Shown here in pieces: positions 17,564-27,850 of a DNA stretch of 64,000 nucleotides (its first letter is position 1; each line of letters opens with the position of its first letter). The notes under the pieces were generated by a model that was not told where the DNA came from, did not search any database, and worked only from the letters and a program-made list of their open reading frames with translations. This DNA comes from Vicinamibacterales bacterium. GTDB taxonomy: Bacteria; Acidobacteriota; Vicinamibacteria; Vicinamibacterales; UBA8438. Both the position numbers and the translations under genes were made by a program. The stretch is from the NCBI GenBank assembly GCA_965205435.1, contig CBDBHJ010000005.1, positions 12,658-76,657 of the forward strand, given 5' to 3'.

Positions 17564-20083
17564 GTGAGTCGAGTGGCCCAATGGGTGCGGGATCGCCGAC
17601 GGGTACGGCTGGGCCGCTTCGCCGCCTGGTTGACTGTTGCCGTGACGTTGATCGTCACGAGCACAACGGTGTGGGCCCAGCAGTCCACGTCGCCGGGAGA
17701 CGCCAGTCAGGTGGAATCGGTACCCGCAGACCAAGCGCAGCTCGATCCCGCCGATGTCACCGGTGGCATCACCATTCGCGAGGGTCTCGAAGCGACGCGT
17801 CCGGCGGTTGACGACGGCACCGCCGGAAACGAGACGGCAGATATTCTGACGGGGCGCCCCACCGTTCTTGCGCCCCGGATCACAGATGGCCCGCGCCTCG
17901 ACGGCCGTCTGGACGACGACGTTTGGCGGACGGCATCGCGCCTGACGGACTTCGTCCAGCAGCGTCCGCTCGACGGTGCCCCAGCCAGCGAGCAGACTGA
18001 GGTGTGCGTCGCCTACGACAGTGGCAACCTCTACTTCGGGGTCTATGCGCACTACTCCGATTCGGGCCTGATTCGGGCGAACCGGGTCGACCGGGATCAG
18101 ACGACACTCGACGATCGCATCACCCTCTACCTCGATCCGTTCCTCGATCAGCAGCGGGCGTTTCTGTTTTCGGTCAACGGGTACGGCGTGCAGGGAGACG
18201 CGATCGTTGGTGCGCGTGACCGAGGCCCCGGGGGAGGGCGAGGCCGCCGGAGAGGCGGCGGCGGTGGTGGTGGTGGTCCGCGCGGCGGTACCGGGGGTTC
18301 GGTGGCGCCGACGGGGGACCCATCCTGGGATGCGCTGTTCGACTCGGCGGGGACCCTCGTTCAGGATGGCTGGACGGCCGAGATTGCCATTCCGTTCAAG
18401 AGCCTACGCTATCCCCAGCGAGGGGCCGACGAGGTGCACCGGTGGGGGTTCCAGATCGTCCGCACGATCGAGAGCAAGGACGAGAGCGACGTATGGGCGC
18501 CGATCTCTCGAGATGTCGCTGGCTTTCTGCCCCAGATGGGTGTACTGGAAGGGATGGAGGGGCTCTCCCTCAGTCGGAACCTCGAGATCATGCCGACGGT
18601 CACCGCCGTGCAAGCTGGCACGCGTGACACGACCGGACAGTTCATCAATGGCAACAACGCGGAGGGCGGTGCCAATATCAAGTATGGCATCACGTCCAAT
18701 CTGACGTTCGATTTTACGTACAATCCGGATTTCTCGCAGATTGAGACCGACCGGCCTCAGATTGAGGTCAACCAGCGGTTTCCCATCAACTTCCCAGAGC
18801 TCCGGCCGTTCTTTCTCGAGGGTCAGGAGCTCTTCAACATCCGTGGTCCCGTCACACTCGTTCAGACGCGGACGATCGTCGATCCGAAGTACGGCGCCAA
18901 GCTCACCGGAAAGCTGGGCCGGACAGCCCTGGCCCTGGTGTATGCGAACGACGAAGCCCCTGGCAAGGTCGACGACCGGGACGATCCGGCGTTCGGCAAG
19001 ACGGCCCAGGTCATGCTGGCGCGGGCTCCGCTACGACCTCTATTCGGAATCTCACCTCGGCGTGCTCGTGACCGACCGGGAGTTTCTCGACGGATACAGT
19101 CGTGTGGGTGGGTTCGATGGGGCGCTGCGGGTCGGGAGCACCCATCAGCTCTCGTTCTTCGCGATGGGAACGAATGATCGCGATCTCGAGGGGGTCGAGC
19201 GAAAGGGCCACATTGTTGAGGCGAACCTCCGCAAGCAAGGCCGGAATCTGAGCTACCCCCGGCGGCCCCGCACCAGACGATCGGTCGCCGCCGCTACTTC
19301 GTCGCCCATTACCAGATCGATCCCGACTTCCAGACCGACTCTGGTTTTGTCCGGCGGGTCGATCAGAAGAACACGACCAGCAGAATGTCGTATCGGTGGT
19401 GGCCCGAAAGCTGGATTGTCAACTGGGGTCCCGAGGTGAGATACAGTCGCAATTACGCCTTCGACGGCGCGCTGCAGGATGAGCGGATGGGGCTCTCCAT
19501 GGACGCGCGGTTCGCGCGGAACATCGAGTTCAATGCGTCGGCCAATCGTGAGATGGAGCGATTCCGAGACATCGATTTCTGGAAGACGCGGGTGACGGTG
19601 GGGGGAAATGTACGGACGAGCCGGCGCGTCTCGTTCGGCGGAGAGATCGAGACGGGCGACCAGGTGCTCTTTGAGGACAACCCCTACCTTGGCTCAGGCA
19701 CCGATTTCCGGCTCAATATGACGCTGCGACCCACATCACGGTTGCAGTCGGAGGTCACGCTGGACACGAGCCGGTTCATCGACGTGCGGGGTGGCCTCGA
19801 GGAGGAGATCTTCGATGTCAGGATTTGGCGCGCCTTTACGACGTATCAGTTCACCTCGCGTCTGCTGCTCCGGAACATCATGGAATACAACACGTTCGAC
19901 AAGCGGTTGTTGGCGAACGTTCTCGGGACGTATCGTGTGAACGCCGGCACGGTGTTCTTTGCCGGCTACGATGCTCGGTACGACCAGGGTAATCGGTTCG
20001 ACGAGCAACTATTCCCCAACACCCGGCTGCTGCGCACCAACCACGCGATCTTCATGAAGCTGCAGTATCTGTTCAGGCTGTAA
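17564..20083 (+). pseudogene. DUF5916/CBM9-like paralog broken by two frameshifts (or assembly indels)
   Basis: Homology to the 4336-6636 product runs through three ORF-track pieces: 17564.. (frame A), 18741..19439 (LRYDLYSESHLGVLVTDREF...) and 19385..20083 (RYFVAHYQIDPDFQTDSGF...). The switches lie near 19025-19035 and near the C5 run at 19256-19260. Confidence 0.7.
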
Positions 20084-20130
20084 TCTCAGGATGCAAGTGG
20101 ATTCTTGGATGAAGCACACGTGAGGTTGAG

Positions 20131-21182
20131 ATGGAGCGACGACACCTCGGATCCGTGTTGATGGTGACGGCACTCGTCTGGCTAGCGCCAGGGTCTGCCG
20201 CGAGTCAGGATCAGGCCGGCTCCGAATCCGACTCCGCGCTGCGGACGTCTTGGGGCGACCCGAACTTGCAGGGCATCTGGAACAACAACACCACGACACC
20301 CCTCGAGCGTTCGAGTGAGTACGAGGGGAGGGCGGCACTCACGGACGAGGAAGGGCCCGTTCTCGGGTCCGGAGGGCCGGACCGTTTTTTTTGACGGTCA
20401 CGTCCAGAGCCGCCCCCGCGCGCCAGGCACTCGATGCCGAGGCCGCTCAGGATCCGGGCCGTGACCGGCGCGCCGAGGCGGGGACGCGTGCTGACGTGTC
20501 GGGAGCCTACAACGACTGCTGGTGGGAGTACGGTCGATCGGACGGGCGGACGTCACTGGTTGTCGATCCGGCTGACGGGAGGATACCGGCGCGAACGCCG
20601 GTTGGAGAGCAGCGTGCCACTCGACGGCGGAGGACCCGGGACCTCATCCCGGCTGGTCCGGAGGACCGAAGCCTGTACGAGCGGTGTATCACGCGCGGCA
20701 TCCCGGTGCTTCCTGGCGCGTACAACAACAACTTTCAGATCGTGCAGACCCCGAACCATGTCGCCATCCTCATCGAGATGATTCACGAGACGCGCGTCAT
20801 CCCGCTGGACGGGCGGCCGCACCTGTCTCAGGGAGTCCGGCAGTATCTCGGTGACTCGCGCGGTCACTGGGAAGGAGACACCCTGGTCGTCGAGACTACG
20901 AACTTCACCGATCGCACTACTTTCAGAGGCTCCACCGAAAATCTCCACCTGACCGAACGTCTGACTCGCGTGGATGCGAACACGATCCACTACGAGATCG
21001 CACTTGACGATTCGCAGACCTGGGCGCGACCCTGGACGGCGCTGATTCCCTGGACGCGACCGTCGATCGGTATTCGGGGGGCAACGATGGACACGATGTA
21101 CGAGTATGCGTGCCATGAGGGAAACTACGGGATGTTCGGTATCCTCGGCGGGGCTCGGGTCGAGGAAAAGACCCAGCAGTAG
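20131..21182 (+). pseudogene. Secreted hypothetical protein, paralog A of a three-member family; split at a T8 run
   Basis: ORFs 20131..20394 and 20391..21182 together align with the intact paralog at 50991-51992 (GDPNLQGIWNN.., YNNNFQIVQTPNHVAILIEMIHETRVIPLDGRPH, WEGDTLVVETTNF, YEYACHEGNYGM). The junction is at T8 (20385-20392) followed by TGA. Confidence 0.6.
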
Positions 21183-21427
21183 ACTCCGGCATCGCCAGTG
21201 TGGCCAAGAATTCCAGCGCCTTGGCCAGGCGTGAGAGTCATACAGGTCGAGCGCCTCGGCTTGCGTCCAGTTGCCCGATCCTGTAAAAAGTGCTCCCTTG
21301 GTGCTCGTGATCGGGCGGTCCAGGTGACACTTTCCAACCAGCTGTAGCGGTCGCAGTCTGCATCGGCGGCCTTGCGCCCACCGGCACACGATCGGCGGTG
21401 GGCATCTGACGTGAGAGGGAGAGAAAG

Positions 21428-22270
21428 ATGAGTGACGTGCTAACCGGAGCCGAGTTCAAGAATCAACTACGCAGCGGAATCCCGAAGCTGGGCCTGTTCG
21501 TGAACTCGCACAGTCCAACGCTGGCGGAGCAGCTGGCACATAGTGGCTACGACTGGCTGCTGGTCGATTCCCAGCATGGTCCGATGGGCCATGAGACTCT
21601 GTCAACGATGATCGGCGGCATCTCAAGCGGTGGGGCGAAATCGCTGGTTCGCGTTGCCGGCTACGGCGACCGCGCCGGTATTCAGCAATCACTCGACGTC
21701 GGCTCCGACGGCGTCCTGGTCCCGTATATCAACACGGCCGACGAAGCCCGCCAGGCCATCAGCTGCTGCCGCTACCCGACTGCGGGCACACGCTCCGTCT
21801 ACTTTCCTCAGCGCAGCATGAACAAGGGAGGTCTGCTCGGCTACGCGGGCAGCGCAAACGACAACGTGATCGTCGCGCTGCAGGTCGAAACCGCAGACTG
21901 CATCAAGAACATCGACGAGATCGCCGCGGTGCCTGGCGTCGATCTGTTGTTTCTCGGCCAGAACGACCTCTGCATGTCGATGGGTCTGTACGAGAAGTAC
22001 CAGTTCCCGGACATGTACTTTTCCGATGAGCTCCAGGACGCGACCGACAAGCTGCGTGCGGCCGCCAAGCAGAACGATGTCATTCTCGGGCTCTTCTTGT
22101 TTGGGACCGACCGCGTTGGAGAATTCCTCGATAAGGACTTTTCCTTGATCAGCCTCGGCAACGATCTGCATCATGTCTTGACGCAGACCGGTGCATATGT
22201 GGCCAATGTCGAGGAGACTTCAAAGGAGAAGGGCCGGGCGTGGACCCGACGCCCGACCGCGCTGTTCTAG
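21428..22270 (+). CDS. HpcH/HpaI-family aldolase
   Basis: GLFVNSHSPTLAEQLAHSGYDWLLVDSQHGP..., VRVAGYGDRAGIQQSLDVGSDGVLVPYINTADEARQAISCCRYP, VALQVET, DLLFLGQNDL. Confidence 0.85.
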   Translation: MSDVLTGAEFKNQLRSGIPKLGLFVNSHSPTLAEQLAHSGYDWLLVDSQHGPMGHETLSTMIGGISSGGAKSLVRVAGYGDRAGIQQSLDVGSDGVLVPYINTADEARQAISCCRYPTAGTRSVYFPQRSMNKGGLLGYAGSANDNVIVALQVETADCIKNIDEIAAVPGVDLLFLGQNDLCMSMGLYEKYQFPDMYFSDELQDATDKLRAAAKQNDVILGLFLFGTDRVGEFLDKDFSLISLGNDLHHVLTQTGAYVANVEETSKEKGRAWTRRPTALF

Positions 22271-22274
22271 GTCA

Positions 22275-22314
22275 GCACGTCTTCAACCGGTGAGGTGATC
22301 GGTTGAAGACGTGC
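22275..22314. terminator. 15-bp perfect-stem hairpin between convergent genes (bidirectional terminator-like)
   Basis: gcacgtcttcaaccg (22275-22289), a 10-nt loop, then cggttgaagacgtgc (22300-22314). No U-tract. Confidence 0.5.
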
Positions 22315-22374
22315 CCTCGGGTCTCGTGCGCGACTGCGCGTCAGCCGCATGGTGATGCGCGAGGGCCGAAACGC

Positions 22375-23274
22375 CTATCCGCTGAGGTGCTCCCGGAAGA
22401 AACCGATCGTTTCATTCCACGCGAGCTCGGCACCCGCTTCGTTGTAGCGCGGTGTCGAATTGTTGTGGAAGCCGTGCAGCGTGCCCTCGAACTTGTGCAT
22501 CCGGTGTGTCACCCCGTTCGCCTGCAGCGCCGCCTCGTAATCGGGCCACATGCTGTTGATGCGGTTGTCGGTGCCCGCATAGATGATCAGGAGCGCCGCC
22601 TGGATGTTGGGCACATCTTCGCTCGCAGCGGCGGCCCCGTAGAACGGTACCCCCGCATTCAGGTCGCTGCCAAGGGCGACCGCGAGGCGATTGACCATCC
22701 CGCCACCCCAGCAGAATCCCGTCGCACCGAGTCGGCCGTTGGAGAGCACGTGCGACTTGAGATACCGCGCGCTGTTGATCATGTCTTGATCCAAGGTCGC
22801 CGGATCGATGTTCCGCTGCAGATTCCGACCGTCATCATCGTTGCCGGGATACCCGCCGACCGGAAACAACCCGTCCGGGGCGAGGGCCAGGAACCCGGCC
22901 ACGGCTGCGCGTCGCGCGACGTCCTCGACGTAAGGATTCAGACCGCGGTTCTCGTGGATGACCACCACCGTCGGAAACGGCCCATCGCCGGCAGGCTGCA
23001 CGAGGTACCCCTTCATCGTTCCCGACGTGCCACCGGGTGATGGGTACTCGACATAGGTGCCTTTCAGACGCGGATCGGTGAACGAGATCGTCTGGGCCTC
23101 AGCGTAGCGTGGCATCAGTGCCTGCGCCATCCAGAGAGCAGACGTTCCACCGATCGTGATCGCCGCGGCCCGGCTGAGAAACTCTCGCCGTTCCATTCCG
23201 CCGTGGCAATACTCGTCGTAGAGATCGAAGATCCGTTGGTCGATTTTCTGTTCCTGCGTCTGCTGTTGAGTCAA
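22375..23274 (-). CDS. Dienelactone hydrolase-family protein with a Tat-type signal
   Basis: N-terminus IFDLYDEYCHGGMERREFLSRAAAITIGG (twin-arginine-like). DLH core VVVIHENRGLNPYVEDVARR, GATGFCWGG. The probable start is TTG 23274, with AAGGAG 8 nt upstream. The ORF track extends to 23370. Confidence 0.8.
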   Translation of the reverse strand: MTQQQTQEQKIDQRIFDLYDEYCHGGMERREFLSRAAAITIGGTSALWMAQALMPRYAEAQTISFTDPRLKGTYVEYPSPGGTSGTMKGYLVQPAGDGPFPTVVVIHENRGLNPYVEDVARRAAVAGFLALAPDGLFPVGGYPGNDDDGRNLQRNIDPATLDQDMINSARYLKSHVLSNGRLGATGFCWGGGMVNRLAVALGSDLNAGVPFYGAAAASEDVPNIQAALLIIYAGTDNRINSMWPDYEAALQANGVTHRMHKFEGTLHGFHNNSTPRYNEAGAELAWNETIGFFREHLSG

Positions 23275-23366
23275 TGGTCTCGCTCCTTGAGGGGGGGCTC
23301 GGCACACTAGCTTACCGCGGAATAGGCCCGGTAGCGCCAGACAAAAATCTCCCGCCTGACACGGCC

Positions 23367-24497
23367 TCACTGTGACAATGTGTCGAGCAAGGTCTCGGTG
23401 ACGACGTCGGAGCGCCAGCCCCTGAAATACTCTGGAACGTCACTCCCGTCGCTCATGGCGCTGATCAAAAGCGCCTCGAGAGCTCGCCGATTGGCAAGGA
23501 GCTCCGGGGGCAACTTGCGAGCTTCGGCCGTTTGTCGGACGATCTCCTTCAGCCGTTTCATCATGGCTGCGTAGGGACGTAGGTTGACGGTGGTGTCGGT
23601 CTCATCGGGCCCCCGCGATCGGGCGGCATCGACGCACGCGATGATCGCCTGCCCGTATCTGACAATGGCCGGCTGGGACAATCCCGGGATCTTCTGCAGC
23701 GCCGCCGCGTCGAGGGCGGGTTCCGACGCGACTGCGATCAGGACGTCGTCCGTCAGCAGGTGGCGGCGGGGCATATCTCTCGCCGTGGCCTCGGTCTCGC
23801 GCCATTCGCAGAGCGCTCGCAGCACCGCATGATCGGCGGGGGATAAGGACTCCCGTCGTCGAACCCGGAGATAGGCCGCTTCGGGCCGCCTGTCGACAGC
23901 TCGCGCGCGGTGCCGGTAGGCAAGCTCCTCCTCGAACCAGGCGATGCGACCCAGCGCCGCCATTTCTCGCGAGAGCCGGTCGCGTATCGGTAAGAGATAC
24001 AACACGTCCAACGCCGCGTACTTGAGCTGCGCCTCCGATAGTGGACGTTTGAGCCAGTCGGAACGGGTGGCGCCCTTGTCCAGGACCACATCCAAAAGGA
24101 CCTCCACCAGGCTGCTGTAGCCCAGCGAGAATCCGTAGCCGGCAAACGCGGCGCCCAGCTGAGTGTCAAAGACGCGTTGCGGTGTGACGCCGGTCAGCAG
24201 CTCCAGCACCTCCGCGTCCTCCTCGCTGGCGTGCATCACCTTGACGACCGATGGGTCGGAGAGCAGGCCTTCGAGTGGCCCAAAATCGGAGATCCCGATG
24301 GGATCGACCATCGCCACACCGGCGCCGTCCGCCACCTGGATGAGCCCTGGGCGTGGATGGTAGGTGCGCTCGCGCACGAATTCGGTATCGACCCCGATGA
24401 CTCCGGCCGTCGACCAGCGTGCGCACGTCGCTGCGAGGTCTGCGTCGCTGGTGATCGGCGACGTCAGAACGTGAGACTCCGAATCCGGACGAACCAC
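23367..24497 (-). CDS. rnd: Ribonuclease D
   Basis: DEDD 3'-5' exonuclease motifs (IGVDTEFVRERTYHPRPGLIQVA; HASEEDAEVL; YAALDVLYL) plus a C-terminal HRDC-like region. 376 aa. Confidence 0.85.
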   Translation of the reverse strand: MVRPDSESHVLTSPITSDADLAATCARWSTAGVIGVDTEFVRERTYHPRPGLIQVADGAGVAMVDPIGISDFGPLEGLLSDPSVVKVMHASEEDAEVLELLTGVTPQRVFDTQLGAAFAGYGFSLGYSSLVEVLLDVVLDKGATRSDWLKRPLSEAQLKYAALDVLYLLPIRDRLSREMAALGRIAWFEEELAYRHRARAVDRRPEAAYLRVRRRESLSPADHAVLRALCEWRETEATARDMPRRHLLTDDVLIAVASEPALDAAALQKIPGLSQPAIVRYGQAIIACVDAARSRGPDETDTTVNLRPYAAMMKRLKEIVRQTAEARKLPPELLANRRALEALLISAMSDGSDVPEYFRGWRSDVVTETLLDTLSQ

Positions 24498-24576
24498 GGG
24501 AATCAGCTGGCCGCCTCGTTCCTGCCGGGTGCGCGTTCCTCTGATGTCGCGGCGGTATATCAGGAAAGGGGAGGGC

Positions 24577-24927
24577 TCAGACCATGTCCTTCAAGCTCTT
24601 GAGCGCCCTCACTTTGACTTTCGTTGTCGCGGGCCGCGCGGCGATGTCCATAAGCTCGCCCGGCTTGAACGGGTTCGGGACGCCTCTGCTCGCCTTACGC
24701 GCCGGAACCTTCTTCTTTTCGATCTTGATCAGACCTGGAAGCGTAAACGCGCCGGCACCGCGCCGCCCGAGGCTCTTGGAGATCTGCCCGCTCAGCGAGT
24801 CGAGGACCGCACTGACTTCGCGGCGGTTGAGGCTTGTCTCCGTACTGATCGCGTTCAAGAGCTCGCTCTTGGTAATCGGTTTCTTCGCGGCGGGTTTGGC
24901 TTTCGCCGTGGCCTGATTCTTTGGCAT
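24577..24927 (-). CDS. HU-family nucleoid protein with a Lys/Ala-rich N-terminal extension
   Basis: ITKSELLNAISTETSLNRREVSAVLDSL...FTLPGLIKIEKKKVPARKA..GVPNPFKPGE. Confidence 0.85.
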   Translation of the reverse strand: MPKNQATAKAKPAAKKPITKSELLNAISTETSLNRREVSAVLDSLSGQISKSLGRRGAGAFTLPGLIKIEKKKVPARKASRGVPNPFKPGELMDIAARPATTKVKVRALKSLKDMV

Positions 24928-25098
24928 TGCGTAGAGATTCCTTCCTGGAGGGACGGTGAATGTCGTTCGTGACCAACGCAGTCTAGCCGCTTTCCTGATA
25001 CGGAATCAATGGGGCCGGCCGAGCGATCGGCTCAGGCCGCCGATTGACCGTTGACTCGCCGCTCCAAGCGAGCCACACGAGTACCCTACGCCACGTCC

Positions 25099-26493
25099 TC
25101 AGACACCGGTGTTCATCACCTGAGGTGGTGGCCGGCTCGGGGGGTGCCCGGCGTGGCCCTCCTGGTACACGCTGGGACCGACCAACCGAGGGAGCGTTTG
25201 CTCCAGAGCGAGTAGTTCCCTTCGAGCGTCGTTCAGACACGCGCCATCATCGTGCACCTCGTCCATGAATGGCGCGCACCGGATCGCATCCTGCCAGGGG
25301 AGCGAGGACGCCGCGTGGTGCCGCACATGATGAATCAGCTTCAAGGTGCGGAATCCATCGAACCAGTCATGAAGACGACGCAGCCGCGCCAGCGGAGTCG
25401 GAGACTGCTCGCACAGCTTCGGCCAGGCCGCGAGCGCACCCTGTGACTCGAGAAACCCCTTCACCAGGGGGTTCAGCTGAGCCAGCAGCTCTCGCGCTGA
25501 CCGATTCGGAGACTCCGACACGCGCTGCAGGCAGCGGGTCGCGTCGCGAATGGCCGCGAAACAGTCAGGGTGGTAGAGCTCGAGGCCCTCACCCCCTGTG
25601 AGCCTGGCGGTTTCGGCGCCGGTTCCGAAGGGCACCCGACGAGATATTCGACTGCGAATCCGAACCGGCTTCCCCTTCACACGCGCGACAGGCCGCAGCT
25701 TGCTCAGCTTGCCCAGCAGATAGAAATCCTCCGCTGCTTCCCGCCTGGGTACACCGCGCACCTGAGCGTAACTGAGGGCGTGCACCGCGATCGTGCTGCC
25801 CACGGTATGAAACGCGTAGGGCGAGTTCGCCCACTGGAGTCCGCGCTGGATGTATCGAAGGCGGATCTCGTAGAGCGCGGTGGCTCGATCCACGTGGTGC
25901 TCGCCCATCGGCTCGTGCCAAAAGGGAAAGACCGCGGCCGAGCAGTCTGGCTCGAGCTCGGCGAGCCGACCGAAGTAATCTTCGGGCAAATGGGTGTCGG
26001 CGTCTGTCATGGCGACGAACGGGTGGCGCACGCGTCGTTGGACGATGAGTTCGAGGGCGATATCCGCTCCGACCTTGCGAGCCAGGCCGACGCCCTGGCG
26101 CGGGGGTAAGCGACGATTCGTCGCGAACCGGTCGACTACGAGCATGCTCATACTCGCATCGTGTCCCAGCCAACCGCCAGACTCGAGCGGCCGCAGGGAA
26201 AACCGAGCACTGAGTTCACGCATGCACCGGGCGTTCAACGCATGAACGGATTCGTCTGCTCCTATCCGGCCGTTGAGCACCGCAATGACGAGGAGGCGGC
26301 CTGCACCGCTGGCGGCAGCCCGGTACCCATCAACGAAGGTCGCCGACTCGGCGCACACCGGCACGACCATCACCACATCGAACGAGTCTGGGCAGAATGC
26401 GGCCAGGCCCGATTCGGGTTCGGCGTAGCGATCCCGATACTGAGCGGAACGCTCACCGATGCTCCGCCTGGCCCGTCCGGTCGTTCGCGGCAT
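25099..26493 (-). CDS. GT-A-fold glycosyltransferase-like protein (tentative)
   Basis: The likely start is ATG 26493 (MPRTTG...). VVMVVPVCAES.. and a DxD-like MTDADTHLPEDY resemble family-2 glycosyltransferases. The remainder is unrecognised. It is divergent from the methyltransferase operon. Confidence 0.4.
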   Translation of the reverse strand: MPRTTGRARRSIGERSAQYRDRYAEPESGLAAFCPDSFDVVMVVPVCAESATFVDGYRAAASGAGRLLVIAVLNGRIGADESVHALNARCMRELSARFSLRPLESGGWLGHDASMSMLVVDRFATNRRLPPRQGVGLARKVGADIALELIVQRRVRHPFVAMTDADTHLPEDYFGRLAELEPDCSAAVFPFWHEPMGEHHVDRATALYEIRLRYIQRGLQWANSPYAFHTVGSTIAVHALSYAQVRGVPRREAAEDFYLLGKLSKLRPVARVKGKPVRIRSRISRRVPFGTGAETARLTGGEGLELYHPDCFAAIRDATRCLQRVSESPNRSARELLAQLNPLVKGFLESQGALAAWPKLCEQSPTPLARLRRLHDWFDGFRTLKLIHHVRHHAASSLPWQDAIRCAPFMDEVHDDGACLNDARRELLALEQTLPRLVGPSVYQEGHAGHPPSRPPPQVMNTGV

Positions 26494-26651
26494 CGGTCGA
26501 TCGCTCCTGGGATGTGGTGTCACGCCGCGACCACAGTGCCAATCTCTGCGGGGAATCGCAAGTGTCTCCCTGGTCGCGCGAGCTGCGAGGATTCCTCCTT
26601 TCGGCATGTCTCTCGGGTTGATGGCGACTGAGCTGGTATCCTCCCGGAGCG

Positions 26652-27464
26652 ATGTTGTCGCCAGATCGACCCGGTGCCGGCCCGGTCCCCGCATCCGAAT
26701 ACGACAGCTTTGCTGACATCTACTCGATCTGGACCGACTCGGCCGACGCCGCGGCGGCGAACCTCCCGTTCTACGTCGAGGCATACCTGGCGGCCGACGG
26801 CCCGGTCGTCGAGCTGGGTGTCGGAGACGGGCGTATCGCGGTCGAGGCTGCGGGCCGCGGGTGTGCGGTCATCGGCGTCGACCGATCGGCCGCCATGCTC
26901 GCGCACTGCCGCGAACGGGCCGATCGAGCTGGGGTCCTCGACCACGTGACGCTCATCCAGGCCGACTTCCGTGATTTCGATCTCCCGCAGCCCGCAGGTT
27001 TGATTGTCCTCCCGTATCACACCATCGGTCACCTGGCGACGCGCGCGGGGAAGCGCGACGCGCTACGCCACATCGTCAGCCGTCTTCGCCCCGGCGGGCG
27101 GTTCATCTTCGACGATTTCTTCATGACGCCGGCCCTCAGTGCCCACATGCGAGAGGTGCAGCTCCGGGCCGCGTATCAGTCGGCATCTGGCGCCGACCGA
27201 CTTCTTTGGGTGACGTCGCTCATCGACGAGCCATCGCAATCGATCTCCGTCGTGACCTGGGAAGACCAGCTCGATGACGCGGGGGTCCTGGAACGGCGTC
27301 GATACCGACGATTGAGCTTGAGCTGGCTCCGGCCGGACCAGGCACGAGCACTCCTCGACGAGACCGGCTTCACGGTCGAGGCGTACCTCGGTGATTTTCA
27401 GGGGACGCCTTTCGATCCGACGTCGGCGCTGGAACAGGTCTGGATCGCCCGCACGCCAGGTTGA
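26652..27464 (+). CDS. Class I SAM-dependent methyltransferase
   Basis: Motif I VVELGVGDGRIAVEAAGRGCAVIGVDRS. Post-I and motif II/III are plausible (LIVLPYHTIGHL, RLRPGGRFIFD). Confidence 0.8.
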   Translation: MLSPDRPGAGPVPASEYDSFADIYSIWTDSADAAAANLPFYVEAYLAADGPVVELGVGDGRIAVEAAGRGCAVIGVDRSAAMLAHCRERADRAGVLDHVTLIQADFRDFDLPQPAGLIVLPYHTIGHLATRAGKRDALRHIVSRLRPGGRFIFDDFFMTPALSAHMREVQLRAAYQSASGADRLLWVTSLIDEPSQSISVVTWEDQLDDAGVLERRRYRRLSLSWLRPDQARALLDETGFTVEAYLGDFQGTPFDPTSALEQVWIARTPG

Positions 27465-27490
27465 AGCGGGCCACATACGGAGCGCACAAC

Positions 27491-27850
27491 ATGATCGCCA
27501 CCACAGGACTCAAAGGCCTTCGGCTCGACTGCGTCGTCGGCGTGTACGCGTTCGAACGCGAGGAATCCCAGCCGATCGTCATGGATATCGAACTCGACTA
27601 CGACGTGGCCGCCGCGGCCAGTTCCGACGAGGTCGGCGATGCCGTCGACTATGATCGAGTGGCCAAAGGAGTGGCCGAGTTGGTCGGGCGGCGAGAGTTC
27701 CACTTGATCGAGGCGATGGCGGAGGAGACGGCCGACATGCTGCTCGGGCAACATGCGACGGTCCAGCGGGTCCGGCTCGAGGTCCGTAAGCCACATGCCG
27801 TGGAGGCCGCCGACTGCTCGTTCGTGCGTCTGGAACGAGCTTGCCGATGA
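27491..27850 (+). CDS. folB: Dihydroneopterin aldolase / epimerase (FolB/FolX T-fold)
   Basis: GLKGLRLDCVVGVYAFEREESQPIVMDIEL..D.VGDAVDYDRVAK...EFHLIEAMAEE...V.RVRLEVRKPHAV. An alternative TTG start at 27461 overlaps the methyltransferase stop. FolB and FolX cannot be distinguished by eye. Confidence 0.8.
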   Translation: MIATTGLKGLRLDCVVGVYAFEREESQPIVMDIELDYDVAAAASSDEVGDAVDYDRVAKGVAELVGRREFHLIEAMAEETADMLLGQHATVQRVRLEVRKPHAVEAADCSFVRLERACR

